64,000 nucleotides of DNA, taken from assembly GCF_041146345.1 (NCBI RefSeq), contig NW_027191405.1:1550001-1614000 (forward strand), written 5' to 3'. Below are positions 49,595 to 62,103 of the stretch, piece after piece (the stretch's first letter is position 1; each line of letters starts with the position of its first letter). The stretch comes from Neodothiora populina (lineage: Eukaryota). The position numbers and the translations under genes are program-made. The notes under the pieces were generated by a model. That model was not told the origin of the DNA. It searched no databases and worked only from the letters and a program-made list of their open reading frames with translations.

Positions 49595-50127
49595 TTTGAT
49601 CTTTTGATCTTTGTTGCTCCACTTCAATCTTTTGCTCGTCGAATCGTCTCATGTGGGATGTGGCTGGCTGAGTTCTACAGATGGTGGAAGGTGGAGTAGC
49701 AGCCCACAGCCACTGGCAAGACGCATCCAGATGTGTGTCATTCTCAGTAATAATCCATATGTTGCTGTAATTGCAGGTTGGGGTCGCTCGCCTTAATATG
49801 TGTGATGATCTTGCGTGAGAATACCCAATATGAAGGATTATCCAATATGGAACAAACCCCTTGTCTATCCCGATATTACTCTATTTGGACACCGCATATG
49901 GTACCTGCTTGGGAAGGTGTCTCGAAAGAATGCTCCATCTGTTAGCACAAAACTACTCATGTTCCTCGGATTCGACTCCAAGCACTATATAGATTGTCCT
50001 TGAGCCTCGACTGATGAAAGTCACTTTGCCTTTACCACTGGCTATCCAGTCCTCCTGTACCATTTTCACACTCTCTGTTCTATGTTGCACCATGGGTGCT
50101 GCGACGCTGATACAGTTGTATCGTACT

Positions 50128-51964
50128 ATGCCGGGCAGAATCGCCTCTAAGAGCCCATATTATATCTTGAGTGTGGTGTATGTACCTAAATTCGGCGAGA
50201 CACAAGAGCCTGCAAAAGCTAACCCATATAGTTGCTCGGCGATGTTCTTAGATCTGTGTAACCTGAGCGCCATCACAATCGCTTTACCAACCATTCGCAA
50301 TGAATTCAATGTTGCTGCGGGTGATCTGCAATGGGTCATTTCAGCATATGCTCTTACAGTAAGAGACTCGCCACACGGGAATAAAGTATCCGATGTAGTA
50401 ATCATGAAAACGACAGTTCGGTGGCTTCTTGCTTTTGGGTGGACGGGGTGGAGATATGTTTGGGTAACGATGACAATAGATGGTATACTTCTGCTGCACA
50501 GCTGATACACAGACAGTCATCGCCGAGTCTTGATCTTTGGGATTTGCCTGTTCACTTTGTTTAGTCTTATCTGTGCACTTGCACCTACATTTGTTGGTCT
50601 TGTTGTTGCGAGAGCGTTTCAAGGCATCGGTGCTGCCTTTACGATACCGTCCGCCCAGGCTCACATTGCACTGCACTTTCCGAGTCCAGCTCAGAAGGCA
50701 AAAGCGTTGGGTCTTTGGGGTGCTTCGGGGTCTCTAGGTTTTATGTAAGTCATTCGTCACGATCGAACCCTGCGGGATTAATCTGTGAGAAAGCCTCGGC
50801 CTGGTTCTTGGAGGTGTTCTTACCAATTTCCTGGGATGGCGGTGGATTTTCTGGATCAGCCTCATCCTCTCCGGCATTGTATTACTTGCAGCTCTTCTGA
50901 TGCTTCCTCATCGCCCAGCAGCCCCCTCCTCCGATCGTAACGGCAACGAGGACGCCAACGAGGAGGTGCAGCGTCCGAAGAAGTTCGTGCACTCCCTTCG
51001 TGAACGACTGATTCGATTTGACATTGTAGGTATCGCAATTGGACTACCTGGCATTCTTCTATTGACGTATGCTTTCACGACGGCAAATTCGGTCGGATGG
51101 CACACGACCCGAATTATCGTCACTTTTGTACTTGCGGCAGCTCTTCTGACCATCTTCGCTTCTCACGAGCGAAATGCTTCTCAAGCAATTCTGGCACCAC
51201 ACCTTTTCAGATCGCCATCGTTCGATTTGGCGCTCGTACTTGCAGTCAACACTTATGCAGTGCGACAGGGATGTACCTATTTCCTCACGGTACAGCTACA
51301 GTCCTACGGCAACAGTCCCATCTATACCTCTGTTCTGTACATTCCGCTCGGTATCAGCGCATTGGTCACCAATACTTCTGCCGGTCGATTGGTTCCTATT
51401 TTGGGCGCTCGATTCATGTTCATCGTTGGCTGGGCTCTAGCTATACCGGGCGTTCTCTTGTTCGCTTTTATCACTGAACATACCTCGTATTGGCGCTTCA
51501 CATTTCCTGGCATGATCCTATATATTGCTGGTATCGGGGCAGTCTACATCACATCCAAACTCGTGGTTGTTTCATCGGCCTCGAAGAGTGACCAAGGTGC
51601 TGCAGCTGGGGTGTTCAACGTCGCCCTGCAGGTTGGTGGGTCGGTTGTTGGACTCGCAGTCCTGACAGCAGTGGGTCAGGAAATCGAGAAGAAGTACGGA
51701 GACGCAAGCCTTCCTTCTGGCACACTCAGCCATGTTGGGTATGAGAGCATCTACTTCAGTTGCGTCATACTCTGTGGTATAGGCTTGCTGATTAGCGTAT
51801 TTGCGATCAAGGTCCCTGATAGCATGCGTGGTAGCTATTGGCACAAGCCTGGGCAAGGTGCAACACAAGCTGTGCCAGAGACGTCGCCGGCGGGTCTGGC
51901 GGAGGGGGATGAAGTGGAACTTGTAGTTATGAACGGCAACAGCACTGCGATCCCGAGGAGCTGA
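50128..51964 (+). CDS. MFS transporter, 14-TMS DHA2-like drug/H+ antiporter
   Basis: AMFLDLCNLSAITIALPTI, LQWVISAYALT|FGGFLLLGGRGGDMFG|HRR, ARAFQGIGAAFTIPSA, QGAAAGVFNVALQVGGSVVGLA. About 4 introns. Start codon approximate. Confidence 0.88.
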
Positions 51965-52990
51965 TGTCGGGCATCCCATCACGCTTTGGTTGAGCAAGGG
52001 TCCCTGTAGAAGTCGAGGCAATTCCGAAAGATGATAGCACTGATTACTGCGACTTCGCCGTATGCCTGAATTGAAGCCTCATATCGAACCGGTCAGAGTA
52101 CAAGTACGTCGATAATGTCAAGAAGAACCGTAGGCGGGACATGGATACATAAGGTAAGGTGAGGTACCTTGAGAAAGGTACAAAGTCCGGCAGATGTACC
52201 AACGAAGGTCAAAGTGAACCTAAGCAATGGTACGTACTGTATGTATTGAACTCTCGACCGAGATTCATGAGATGTGGTGAAACTCATGAGGCTCGACAGT
52301 GAGAGTTGAGCTTGCCAAGATAGAGGCATCCCACGAGAGGTGCAATAGATTGAATCACAATATAGGCACGCGAGTGTCTGCCTGACAAAAGCATCCTTGA
52401 AGCTGTAGAGAAGTCATTTTATACAACCTTGCAGCTTGAGGTCCTGTCTCGCAAATCTCAGGTAGCTTTGAGATGGTGTAGAGAGACAAGTTGATCCAGA
52501 GGTCAAAGCAGACCGGCACGAGGCAACGAAGGGTGGAATTGATCACAAGTATACACGAGTAAGCTTTGGTAATCCGGGCTTATACAGCAGCGTCAGCGTG
52601 TGTTTTTAGTGGGCGTTGCGCAGAGCCCGATTCGCACATGCCACATACCGGCATCTTGTCAGTGCTAAGCAGCAGCAGAAGCAGTGGCAGCAACAGTGCA
52701 GAGTATCGACAGCAGCAGCAGTAGCAGTAGTAGCAGTTACTAGTAGCAGAAGCAGCAGTCCATCTCCAATCCATCACTTACCTTATAGTGCATCGACAAA
52801 ATACTTTGCATACATACAGCACATCATCCATCCAACCCTTTCCCCGTGCTTCCCATCCCACTTCTTATATACACATTCACACACGCACAAAACTCTCTCA
52901 CTGCGCCGTTGCTGCAGCTCCACCGCCGAGTTGCACCAACCCCTCCATAATTCTCTTTTACCAAGAAGTCAACCATCAACACCGCTCAAC

Positions 52991-53593
52991 GTGGCTTCAC
53001 ACACATTACGCTCACCATCCTATCACATTCAGTCAAGGACCCTGAGCTATTTCGAGCAGCAGATCGCGCCCGACAGACAAGCGCTGCAGGATTGGGCCAC
53101 AAAGGTTCCACGACCACGCGAGGAACCCCCTCAACGATATCGATTCGTTGCGCAACTCATCACCGCCATCAAAGCCACCCAGACCAGCAAGACTCTTGGC
53201 CAGTGGCTCCGCGTTCTCTGTCAACATCACACCGAACTTCACTTTGCACCTGTCGCCGACCTCGCGAAACCATCGCCCGCCGAAGCACCAGCCGTCGCCG
53301 CACTCGTCGCCCAGCAACGGTGCATCCCCTGGGTAGAGAAGCTCATCCAAGCACGCTACAGCGAAGAGAAACAAGCCGAAGCGGAGTTCCGTTCTAGAGT
53401 GCGCGAACTACTCTCGCTTCCAGAACCTTCAGCGTTCGATCAAAAGACCAGTCTAGCGCACGAAAAAAGACCGAGAGTCGAGTTCGAGAAGAACGACAGC
53501 GAGTCATCAGCCCTTGCAGAGTCGGAAAGGAAGAAGAGGAAGCTCGTCGAAAGTCAGTGGGCAGATCAATTAATCAACCATGTCGTCCAGTAG
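52991..53593 (+). other. Candidate non-AUG (GUG)-initiated ORF overlapping the CKB1 start codon
   Basis: Part of a 325-codon stop-free frame with no Met. In-frame GTG at 52991 in CTCAAC-GTG-GCT context. The stop lies inside the CKB1 CDS (ends at 53593). Confidence 0.45.
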
Positions 53594-54839
53594 TCAGGTT
53601 GCCGAATCATGGATCTCGGCCTTCTGTGGCCTGGTTGGCCATGAGTATTTTGCCGAAGTCAGCGAAGACTTTATCGAGGACGATTTCAACCTGACCGGCC
53701 TGCAATCTCAAGTGCCCATGTACAAGGAGGCGCTGGAGATGATCCTGGACGTGGAACCCGAAGACGATGACATTTCTGACGAAGACGATGACGATGACGA
53801 CCGCAGCGACGACATGGAACCGTCGTATCATGACCCTTATGTTTCGCGGCGCGAAGAGCGCCGCCACTTGCGCATGGCCTCAGACCTGTCCGTGATCGAG
53901 TCGTCCGCGGAGATGCTGTACGGCCTTATACACCAGCGCTTCATTACTTCACGCCAGGGTATTCAGCAAATGGCAGAGAAATACGAAATGGGCCACTTTG
54001 GCTTCTGTCCACGAGTCTTCTGCGGCAGTGCCAAGGTGCTCCCTGTCGGCTGCTCTGACATTCCCGGGCAGGAGACGGTGAAGCTGTTCTGTCCCAGCTG
54101 CCTCGACGTCTACACCCCGCCAAACTCGCGATTCCAGTCCGTCGACGGCGCGTTTTTTGGCACAACCTTCGGCTGCCTCTTTTTCATGACCTTTCCTGAA
54201 CTCGATGTCGGTGGTCAGAAGATTGTCGTCTCTACGCCTAGCCTGGCTGACCAGCAACCACTGGAATCGTCGAGACGCAGATCCTCACTTACATCGTCCG
54301 TGTCGAACAACACTGCGACACCCACGGCCGCGTCAAATACTTCACATCATCACGGTCACCATAAGGAGAAGACTCTACCCCCACAACCTTCATCTATCAA
54401 CGGAATGGCTTCTCACAACCTCGCACCAGGCCTAGGCAGCGGCAACATTTACGAACCACGCATCTATGGATTCCGAGTCTCTGAATTTGCCAAATCGGGG
54501 CCGCGAATGAAGTGGTTGCGAATGCGACCGGCTGATATCAACGAGCTGAACGAGGTAGCAATCTGGGAGCAAGTGCGGGCATACTCAGAGCAGCAGCCTG
54601 ATGCCAGCAGTGGTCCGTCGGCAGCAACGGACTCTACAGCGGCGGGTGGGAAAGAAGGCGATGGCAGCGAGGACATGGACGTTCTGGACGAAGAGGAAGA
54701 TCCAGAAGAAGGTTCGTTAGAGAATGCAGACGAGCAAGCGCTGGCAGGCGGCGCGTCGGCCTCGAACGGTAGCAGGAGAGCAGCGGGCGGTAGGAGGAGA
54801 GTGGGCGATGACATAGAAGGTGGAGGAGCAAGAGTCTGA
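53580..54839 (+). CDS. CKB1: Casein kinase II regulatory subunit beta (Ckb1 type)
   Basis: [48 protein letters not shown]...[12 protein letters not shown] zinc finger, [20 protein letters not shown]. Confidence 0.96.
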   Translation: MSSSSQVAESWISAFCGLVGHEYFAEVSEDFIEDDFNLTGLQSQVPMYKEALEMILDVEPEDDDISDEDDDDDDRSDDMEPSYHDPYVSRREERRHLRMASDLSVIESSAEMLYGLIHQRFITSRQGIQQMAEKYEMGHFGFCPRVFCGSAKVLPVGCSDIPGQETVKLFCPSCLDVYTPPNSRFQSVDGAFFGTTFGCLFFMTFPELDVGGQKIVVSTPSLADQQPLESSRRRSSLTSSVSNNTATPTAASNTSHHHGHHKEKTLPPQPSSINGMASHNLAPGLGSGNIYEPRIYGFRVSEFAKSGPRMKWLRMRPADINELNEVAIWEQVRAYSEQQPDASSGPSAATDSTAAGGKEGDGSEDMDVLDEEEDPEEGSLENADEQALAGGASASNGSRRAAGGRRRVGDDIEGGGARV

Positions 54840-55587
54840 TGGGTCGCGCTCGTGTCTCTTTGGATTTTCTCTTTGAAAGCGCAGATAGCGAGGGGCAGGT
54901 TCACTGGGTGGTGTGTGTGCAGAGTGGAGATTCGATTCCTTGAGCATATAATAGGGTTTTCGCAGGGGGTATGCGATTTCTTGCTTCTTCCCCCAATGGC
55001 GACGGACGGTGCGTATATGGGATGATGGGTAGGAGGAGTCGCAATAGGTAAACTGTTGATGTACTACGCATCAGCGAATGCATGGTGGCGTTTATATTCC
55101 TGATTTGTTGCTTTGCAACGGCCGATCTGGTTTTGATGCGCTTTCTGATGTTTGGATTCTTGATTGACGAGAGGGTCTAAGTGATATTTTTGGTATCAAT
55201 GACATAGATCACAAATAAATGCTTGCCAGGTCGAAACGTAGAGTAAATCCAAAGTTCACATTGGAGACTTGTGCTAAGAATGCAAATGACGATCGAATCA
55301 CTGGCTTCTTCTGCATCAATATATGTAGTATCGATTCATCACGATGCTAGACATACTACCGACCCAAGATCCACTCCTACAACTAGATGGCTATAATTTA
55401 TGAGAGGATGGTCGCCTCGGGGGTGATGTCAGATCTCCGCAACGACGCTATACCCTTCCAGGACAGCACGCATTGCGTAGCAGTGACAAAGTCTCCAGTT
55501 TCCAACAAACTACATCATAACAGGTATATTACTTCTGACCATCTCGACGTTCAAACACATTCACGGTCTGCGCGTCTGAAAAGAAGC

Positions 55588-55844
55588 ATGACTTCGAGAG
55601 CACCATCGCTGGTCTGCCTACGGGCACTACGAGCAATCACAGCGCCCGAGGCACGCCGACGGTGTCTTCTAATCGCCCCTACGTCTTCGGTGGTGCGGTT
55701 CTATGCAACCACCCCCCTTCGCAACCACAAGCACAACCAACACCTACGCCTGTATCATCATCACCGAACGATGACAAGCCCAATGCTTCCACCGCCTCAT
55801 CTACAACACCACCCCCAAACACCACCACGACGAAGCCAGCCCCC

Positions 55845-55880
<36 letters not shown>

Positions 55881-56732
55881 CTTCAATACACCGGCCGCCC
55901 CAAACCGACCGCAGAACCACGCCCGGACCTCCTCGACCCAGCAGCAAAAGACACAGACGACCCGATCCCGCGCCCGCTCGCACGACCCATCGGCGTGCCC
56001 ATCCCGCCACAAGCAGGCGAGAACAGCGGCGTCGACAGCCGCAGCTGGAAGCAACGGCGCGACGACTTCGTAGACTACGAGAAGCACATCGCGCGACGCC
56101 AGAAGCTGGCCTCTACGCTGTACAGACCGTATTTCAGGGATTTCAGCGCCATGCGCCATTTCAAGGGCAAGACGTTCCTCGCGAATGAGAGGTTGTTTCG
56201 GGCCGAGCAGGCGCTGTGGTTTCCGAATTTGAGAGGGTTGACGCTCGAGGGTGGGGCGCAGGCGAGGGATACCACGCCTGTGTTACAAGGGAAGGTCTCG
56301 GTTTTGACGCTCTATTCTAGTGCGTGGGGAGAACACCAGGTCAAGAGCTTTGTGGACGAGACGCAGAACCCGGGCGTCGCGCAGCTGTTGAGCGAGTATA
56401 AAGATGTGGCGCAGGGTGTTGAGGTCAATGTCGAGCCGAACACTGCAAAGTGGTGGCTCGTCAGGGCCTTCATGTATAGACTGAGAGCGGTCAGAGAAAA
56501 GGCGCAGTGGGGCAGGTACTTTGTCGTCAAGAGCGGAGTCGACGAGGAGTTGCGCACTGCGATTGGCGCGCTGAACTCCAGGGTCGGGTATACGTATCTG
56601 TTGGACAGAGAGTGTAAGATCAGATGGGCGGGTAGTGCGCAGGCCATGGAGGATGAGAAGGAGAGCTTGCTGAATGGGTTGAGGAAGTTGGCCGCCGAGG
56701 CGAGGGCGGCGACCAAGGCTACGACTAAGTGA
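55588..56732 (+). CDS. ATP10: Mitochondrial ATP synthase assembly factor Atp10 (apparent frameshift near the 5' end)
   Basis: PRPLARPIG, ENSGVDSRSWKQRRDDFVDYEKH, YFRDF, LWFPNLRG, VGYTYLLDRECKIRWAGSA. The ATG and targeting peptide at 55588 are in a different frame from this body. Confidence 0.88.
55846..55878. repeat. (CAG)11 trinucleotide repeat (poly-Ala in the ATP10 frame)
   Basis: Tandem CAG units following a C7 run. Confidence 0.9.
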
Positions 56733-56960
56733 ACAACAACAACAACAGCAGCCTCTTCTTTCTTTGTGGTGGATGATGGCAATGTTAATGATAACCAAAA
56801 AGCAAAAATCTCTCCTCGATCGATTCATGATACCGCTCTGCTCCCTGTCTATACATATAATGTACCAAAGCGGGTAGTATTGTCGCCAATGAAACTCCCC
56901 GAACGCCATACCATAACCGGCCTGCAAATGTGTGGGAAATAGCGCAACTTTTCTCCTTGA

Positions 56961-57756
56961 TCATGACAGAGACCAGAACAGCAAAAAGCAAAACGCAATA
57001 AAGCTGCCGAGAATAATGCCATCTCTCCTCTTCTTGTTTCCGATCCTCTGAATCAATCCATTGATGCCCGGCACCTGACTGGCCGCGCCCACAATCCTGC
57101 GGTTGATATTGGCAAACGTCTCCCTCTGCAGGCCAAAGTTCTCGTTGATGGCATACGCCTGGCTCAGCACGCTGTCGACCATATTGTGGCTGTTGTCGAT
57201 GCGCCCCCTCTCCTGCAGCATGTACTCTGCCTCTGCGTCCTCCGGGTGTTGCGAGCGGTAGGCGTTGATGTCGCTGCGGACGTTGGAGAGCAGGTTCGCG
57301 CGGTCGCGCGAGGAGCTGATTTGCGATTTCAACCGGTTCAACTCCGTGCGGTGCTGCGTCAAGATCTCGCGGTGGCGCGCCAGGTTCGTGGACTTGAGCG
57401 CCGAGGCTTGCGCTTCGGAGTCCAGGAGTCGCGTCAGTTGGGACAGGAGGGCTGAGCGCTGCAGGCGTCAGTCAGGGATCGGTTGTTGCGCCTTTTGGAA
57501 GGGACAGGAAATTGTCATACTCGTTCTAGGATGTCTTGCAGTTGTGACTCGGTCTTGGATTCGTCGTCGGTCGGCGTCGGCGGGATGTTGGACATGGAGG
57601 CATATTGCGAGTATGTGTGGAAGAGGGCGTCTGTCTGTCGGTTGGTTAGCTTCGTGGTGTGAGGAAGGAAGCAGAGCTGGGAGTGGCGATTACTTGAGTC
57701 TCTAGTGATCGCGCTTGTTGCCTGAGCTGGGCCCAGCTGCCCGAAGGTGCGGCCAT
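56961..57756 (-). CDS. GOS1: Golgi SNARE Gos1
   Basis: MAAPSGSWAQLRQQARSLETQ|TDALFHTYSQ..., RDRANLLSNVRSDI, ERGRIDNSHNMVDSVL, KKRRDGIILGSFIAFCFLLF C-terminal TM. Two introns. Confidence 0.94.
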
Positions 57757-57814
57757 TGTGTACTGAGGGTGGAGTATAGGCAGGTGGTTAGTGGCAGGTA
57801 ATTTAGTAGTGGTC

Positions 57815-57852
57815 GTAGCAATAGTAGCAATAGTAGCAATAGTAGCAATAGT
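57815..57852. repeat. (GTAGCAATA)4 tandem repeat in the GOS1/RPL35 divergent promoter
   Basis: Four perfect 9-mers. Confidence 0.88.
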
Positions 57853-58196
57853 TACCTTGTCTCCCCGTCTCCACAAAGAAGCCGCAACACATGGCGAGTG
57901 ACGTTGCCTCGCTCGGGTCGGCCTTGGCATCGCTCGAAACGCCGACCGTCGAGTGAGGTACTTGCATAAGATACATCTGTTGCAAGGGGAAGGGTCCAGA
58001 TGACTGCACGCACAGAAGTCGGCCAGATGCAGACTAGCGCTTGAGACGAGCCCACCGAAGAATTTCCATTAAGCGACGCCGACTTGCCGCAACTCCCCAA
58101 CTCATCGCGAAATCTGCACTGAGGATTTTCGAAGAAGGCAGGACTGACAATTTACGACCCATCCCACCGTCTCTCCCCACTAACCCATCAGCAAAA

Positions 58197-58980
58197 ATGG
58201 TGCGCAATCCCATCATCCTCTCGGAGACTCCATTTCGACTTTTCTCTGCAAAACACAGGACGAAATGCTGACTCCTTCTCGCTGTAACAGTCCGCAAAGG
58301 TTAAGGCCGCCCAGCTTTGGGGAAAGAACAAGGAGGAGCTCCAGTCCCAATTGACTGAGCTCAAGAGCGAGCTTGTGCAGCTCCGCACCCAGAAGATCAC
58401 CGGTTCTGGATCCAGCAAGCTCAACAGAATGTGCGTTTCTTCCCCTTTGGTCTTCGAATGCATCACGAGGGAGGAGGACGAGGGAGGAGGGAGAGGGCAG
58501 AAGGACTCGATCGCCAGGGGTCCCGACGTGGGGGAGAGGAGGAGACGATGACGATCAGAAGAAGAAAAAGAATCGCGAAAGAATTGAGAGACAGGAAGAA
58601 AATGGCCACAGAACATGATCGCTGATTTCTCTTCTACCAACAGCCACGACGTCCGCAAGTCGATCGCCCGTGTCCTCACCGTCATCAACATCAACCAGCG
58701 CTCGCAACTCCGCATCTTCTACAAGAACAAGAAGTACCTCCCTCTTGATCTCCGCTCCAAGCAGACTCGCGCCATCCGCCGTGCTCTTACCAAGGACGAG
58801 AAGAGCATCGTCTCGGAGAAGCAGAAGAAGAAGCAGATCCACTTCCCCCAGCGCAACTTTGCCGTCAAGGTCAGCAACAACCTCTTTTTTCAGCAGCAAT
58901 CTCGCCCTACATTGTCTACGGCGCGCAATGTCTATCGTTAGTGACTCTACTGACACCTTCTCTCTCCACAGGCCCAGTAA
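58197..58980 (+). CDS. RPL35: 60S ribosomal protein uL29 (L35)
   Basis: [20 protein letters not shown]...[20 protein letters not shown]...[19 protein letters not shown]...[11 protein letters not shown]. Three introns. Confidence 0.96.
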
Positions 58981-60168
58981 ATGTCGTAAAATTTTCTCCT
59001 CGTGGCGCTCTTCTTCGGGAAATGATATCTGGCTGGACACTGCTGCAATTCATCAGGTTAGCGATGTAGCTCAAAAAATGCGCATAAATGATGGCGTTGA
59101 AAATGAGATTACGCTGGGTACAAAAATAACCTACGTTTTGATGTCCTACAATCCGAGCGACCCCGCTTTTTCTTCTGTCTCACATCATCTCAAGGCTCAC
59201 GATTTGCGTCACTCATGCTTGCTCATCCATGCTCAGCATATGCGTGATCTGAGGAAAGGGGCGACAGACGATTTTCCTTGTCTCCACCAGACGCACTGAG
59301 GCAGATCCGACGCCAGTTTCTTCGTTGCAGATGTGTCGCAATGGACCGGGATACGTATCACCAGCGGTGCTAGTCAAACGAAAAATGATATCTTCCCGAT
59401 CGAACAAAAAAATATTATTATCCCCGGATCATCGCTGCTTGCACTGTAGCATACTTCCCGGTCTGCATTTCACTTTCGATCTACCATGGTCACTACTGCT
59501 TCCATATTTCCCACTGGTCTGACATGTCGAAGCACAATTGGACTCATGCCAATGCGACGAAACACCCTAATGTCGATCCTATCTTCTGTCAGCCAGCAGC
59601 TCTATGGTATGATGTACCTCATTGCAACCCCTAGAGCAGTGCCTGTGGTACATTATAAGTTGTTTTCTTAAAGGTCATCGTTGTTACCTCGTGACGTAGT
59701 GTCATATATCCTAGCGTGAGTTCCAGTTGATCAAGAGACTCCTAGTGTAGAGCGTACAAGTCCGCGCAGCCTAAGGTAGGTGCATAAGCTCTGTTATCGT
59801 GATGCACTACAACAGAAAGTAATACTTGGTGTTACCGGTCGTGGTCGACATGTTGCACGGCTTGACGTCTTGTCTTATTTATCATTCAATCAGTAGATCA
59901 GTGAAGCTTAGGTATTGACAAGCATGAAATCGGGTTGCTTCTTCTCGGCTTTCTCGTTGATTGCAAGCTGGGTGGTCGAGTCTTCGGGTCCTTGTCTATT
60001 GCTATCCCCCTTCCCACATGTGATCAGGTACACCAGCCATAGAAGTGGCAGATTGCTTTTTCGTGCATTGCCATTTTTAATCTATATATATATGTATAAC
60101 TTTTCCCGATTCTGTCACACCCATAGAGATGGGAACGAGGAAAAGAAGAGAAGACATGATGAAAACAA

Positions 60169-61453
60169 TCACATGCCCTGCATCTCCTGATCATCTCCAT
60201 CGTCATCGTCATCGTCATCGTCATCATCATCGATCCCATCCCACTCGGCCTCATCCTCATCATCATCCTCCGCAGGCGGCGGCCCAAGCACATCATTAAG
60301 CCGCCCTACCAACTCCTCAGCATGCTCCTTGAGTCTCTCATCCTCGTACTCGAGCGTCCTGTACAGCTTCAGACAACTGAGCAGCCAGGCGCGAGAATTG
60401 CGCAACACAGCCATGATCTCGGCGTTTTGCGCCCCGGCATCAGACATGTCCGATTCGTCAGCGACTGCCGCGGCGCGTTTCTTTTCCGCGACCAGGTGCA
60501 GGCACCACCCGCCTAGATAGGCGGCTTCGACGGACTCGTCGTCTTCGAGCGCGAGCCGCTCGAGTACGTCCATTGCTTCTTCTTCCATTTCGGCTTCCAT
60601 TAGCAGGCGCGCGAGCGAGACGCGTGTCGGGAAGTCCGGGACTAAGGGGTCTTCCGGGTCCAGGCGGCGCCACAGCGAGATGCTGCGTGTGAGTGCTGAG
60701 CGGGCGTCGTCGAGCTTGAGCTGTGAGAGACGGATCGAGGCGAGGGTTTGGAGCACGGAGGGCGAGTCCGGGGTTACGAGGAGGGCTTCGGTTATTAGTG
60801 ATTCGCAGCGGGCTTCCGCGTCCTGTTCCCATCTGGTTGGTGTCAGTCAGATCAAGTCAAATCGAGGTGAAAGAGCGTAGGGGATAAAAGACTTACGATA
60901 GATCCGTCATGTAAACCTCAGCAACGGCGCACAAAGCCTCGGCCAACTTCTCTCTCTTCTCCTCGAGCTGCATCTCTCTCGCTTCCTTTTCTTCATCCGA
61001 AGCGCGTGCGACGTCCTGGTTCTCGAGCGTCGAGATCTCATGCTGCAGCGCCCGCACTCCCTTCTCGAACCACCCTACACTCTCAGACCCGCCCTCCTCG
61101 CACAACTGCGCCAACCAGAGAAACTTCTCTGCGCCGCCGCCCAGAGCCTCGGGGATCTGGCCCTCGGGGTCGAGTTCCGTGGCTTGGATGAAGTATGCGC
61201 GCGCGTCCTCGACATTGCCCAGCTCGACGTTGACTTCTCCCAGAAGATTCAGCGCCGGCAGTTGCAGTTGAGGCTGGGAAGGCGGCAGAGCCGCGAGCAG
61301 GCGCTGGGCGGTCGACAGGGCGGCTTCCGGGTCGGTTTGCTCGAGGTGCGCGATCGCTTGCGCGTACAGCTGTTCTGGCGTCTCGGTTGGTGCTGTTGTC
61401 GTCGAGGCGCCGCTGGCTTTTGCGCCGCGCGTGTCGTTTTTCGTCTTGGCCAT
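60169..61453 (-). CDS. ACL4: TPR protein, Rpl4 assembly chaperone Acl4-like
   Basis: TPR helices, EKFLWLAQLCEEGG, LCAVAEVYMTDLS|WEQDAEARCE, LQTLASIRLSQ, VEAAYLGGW, acidic tail. One intron at ~60833-60896. Confidence 0.8.
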
Positions 61454-62103
61454 TGTGGATTGAGATTCTTGTCTCTTCTTGCTCGTTTGGATAGGAGTAT
61501 GGATCCGGGGTGTGTGCAGCTTTGTGCTGAATGGCCTGCAGAAGGTCGATAGGGGCGAATCGTTAAGCCAATTACTTGTAATACTAGTGGTGAGCTGCTG
61601 CGCAGTTTCAAAGCGACCAGCGCAGAGAGTATCAATGGCTTCAATTTTGTTTCTGCTCTTTTCGAAAATAAATGTCGCGTAGGAACTTCAACTGCTTCTC
61701 CAACTTTTTAGAGAAACATTTTGACGCTTGGACCAGAGATTGCGCGGAGACGTCATTTTGCTAACGCCGAGCGTGCATGGCTGCCTTGCCTTGTGTCTTT
61801 CTTCTTACTACCATGCCTTATATTGTTGTAAGGTCTGCAAGTGTTGGATGTGAGCGAGCACATGCTGTCTCAATTGAGCCAACGGTAACACACTTACGAG
61901 TGAGATCACTCCAGTGGAAATCCTTCAGCAATCAGACTAGAATGTAGTCAAGCGTCCTGCATGCTACAGGTGTTTTCATACTTGGAGGACTACATCAAGG
62001 CCTAGGTTGACGTGGGAAACCATGTCTTTGTGTCGGCTCACTACTTTCCATTTCATTTCATTGCTTCTCGCTTTCTCTTCTTTTCCTTTTCCTCTATTAG
62101 ACC

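Noticed and set aside
57815..57852. CRISPR-like or structured array
   Set aside because: Simple tandem 9-mer with no spacers, in a eukaryotic context.
40412..61453. Apparent clustering of ribosome-related genes (RPL1, 5S, RPL35, ACL4)
   Set aside because: Spread over 20 kb among unrelated genes; chance is sufficient.
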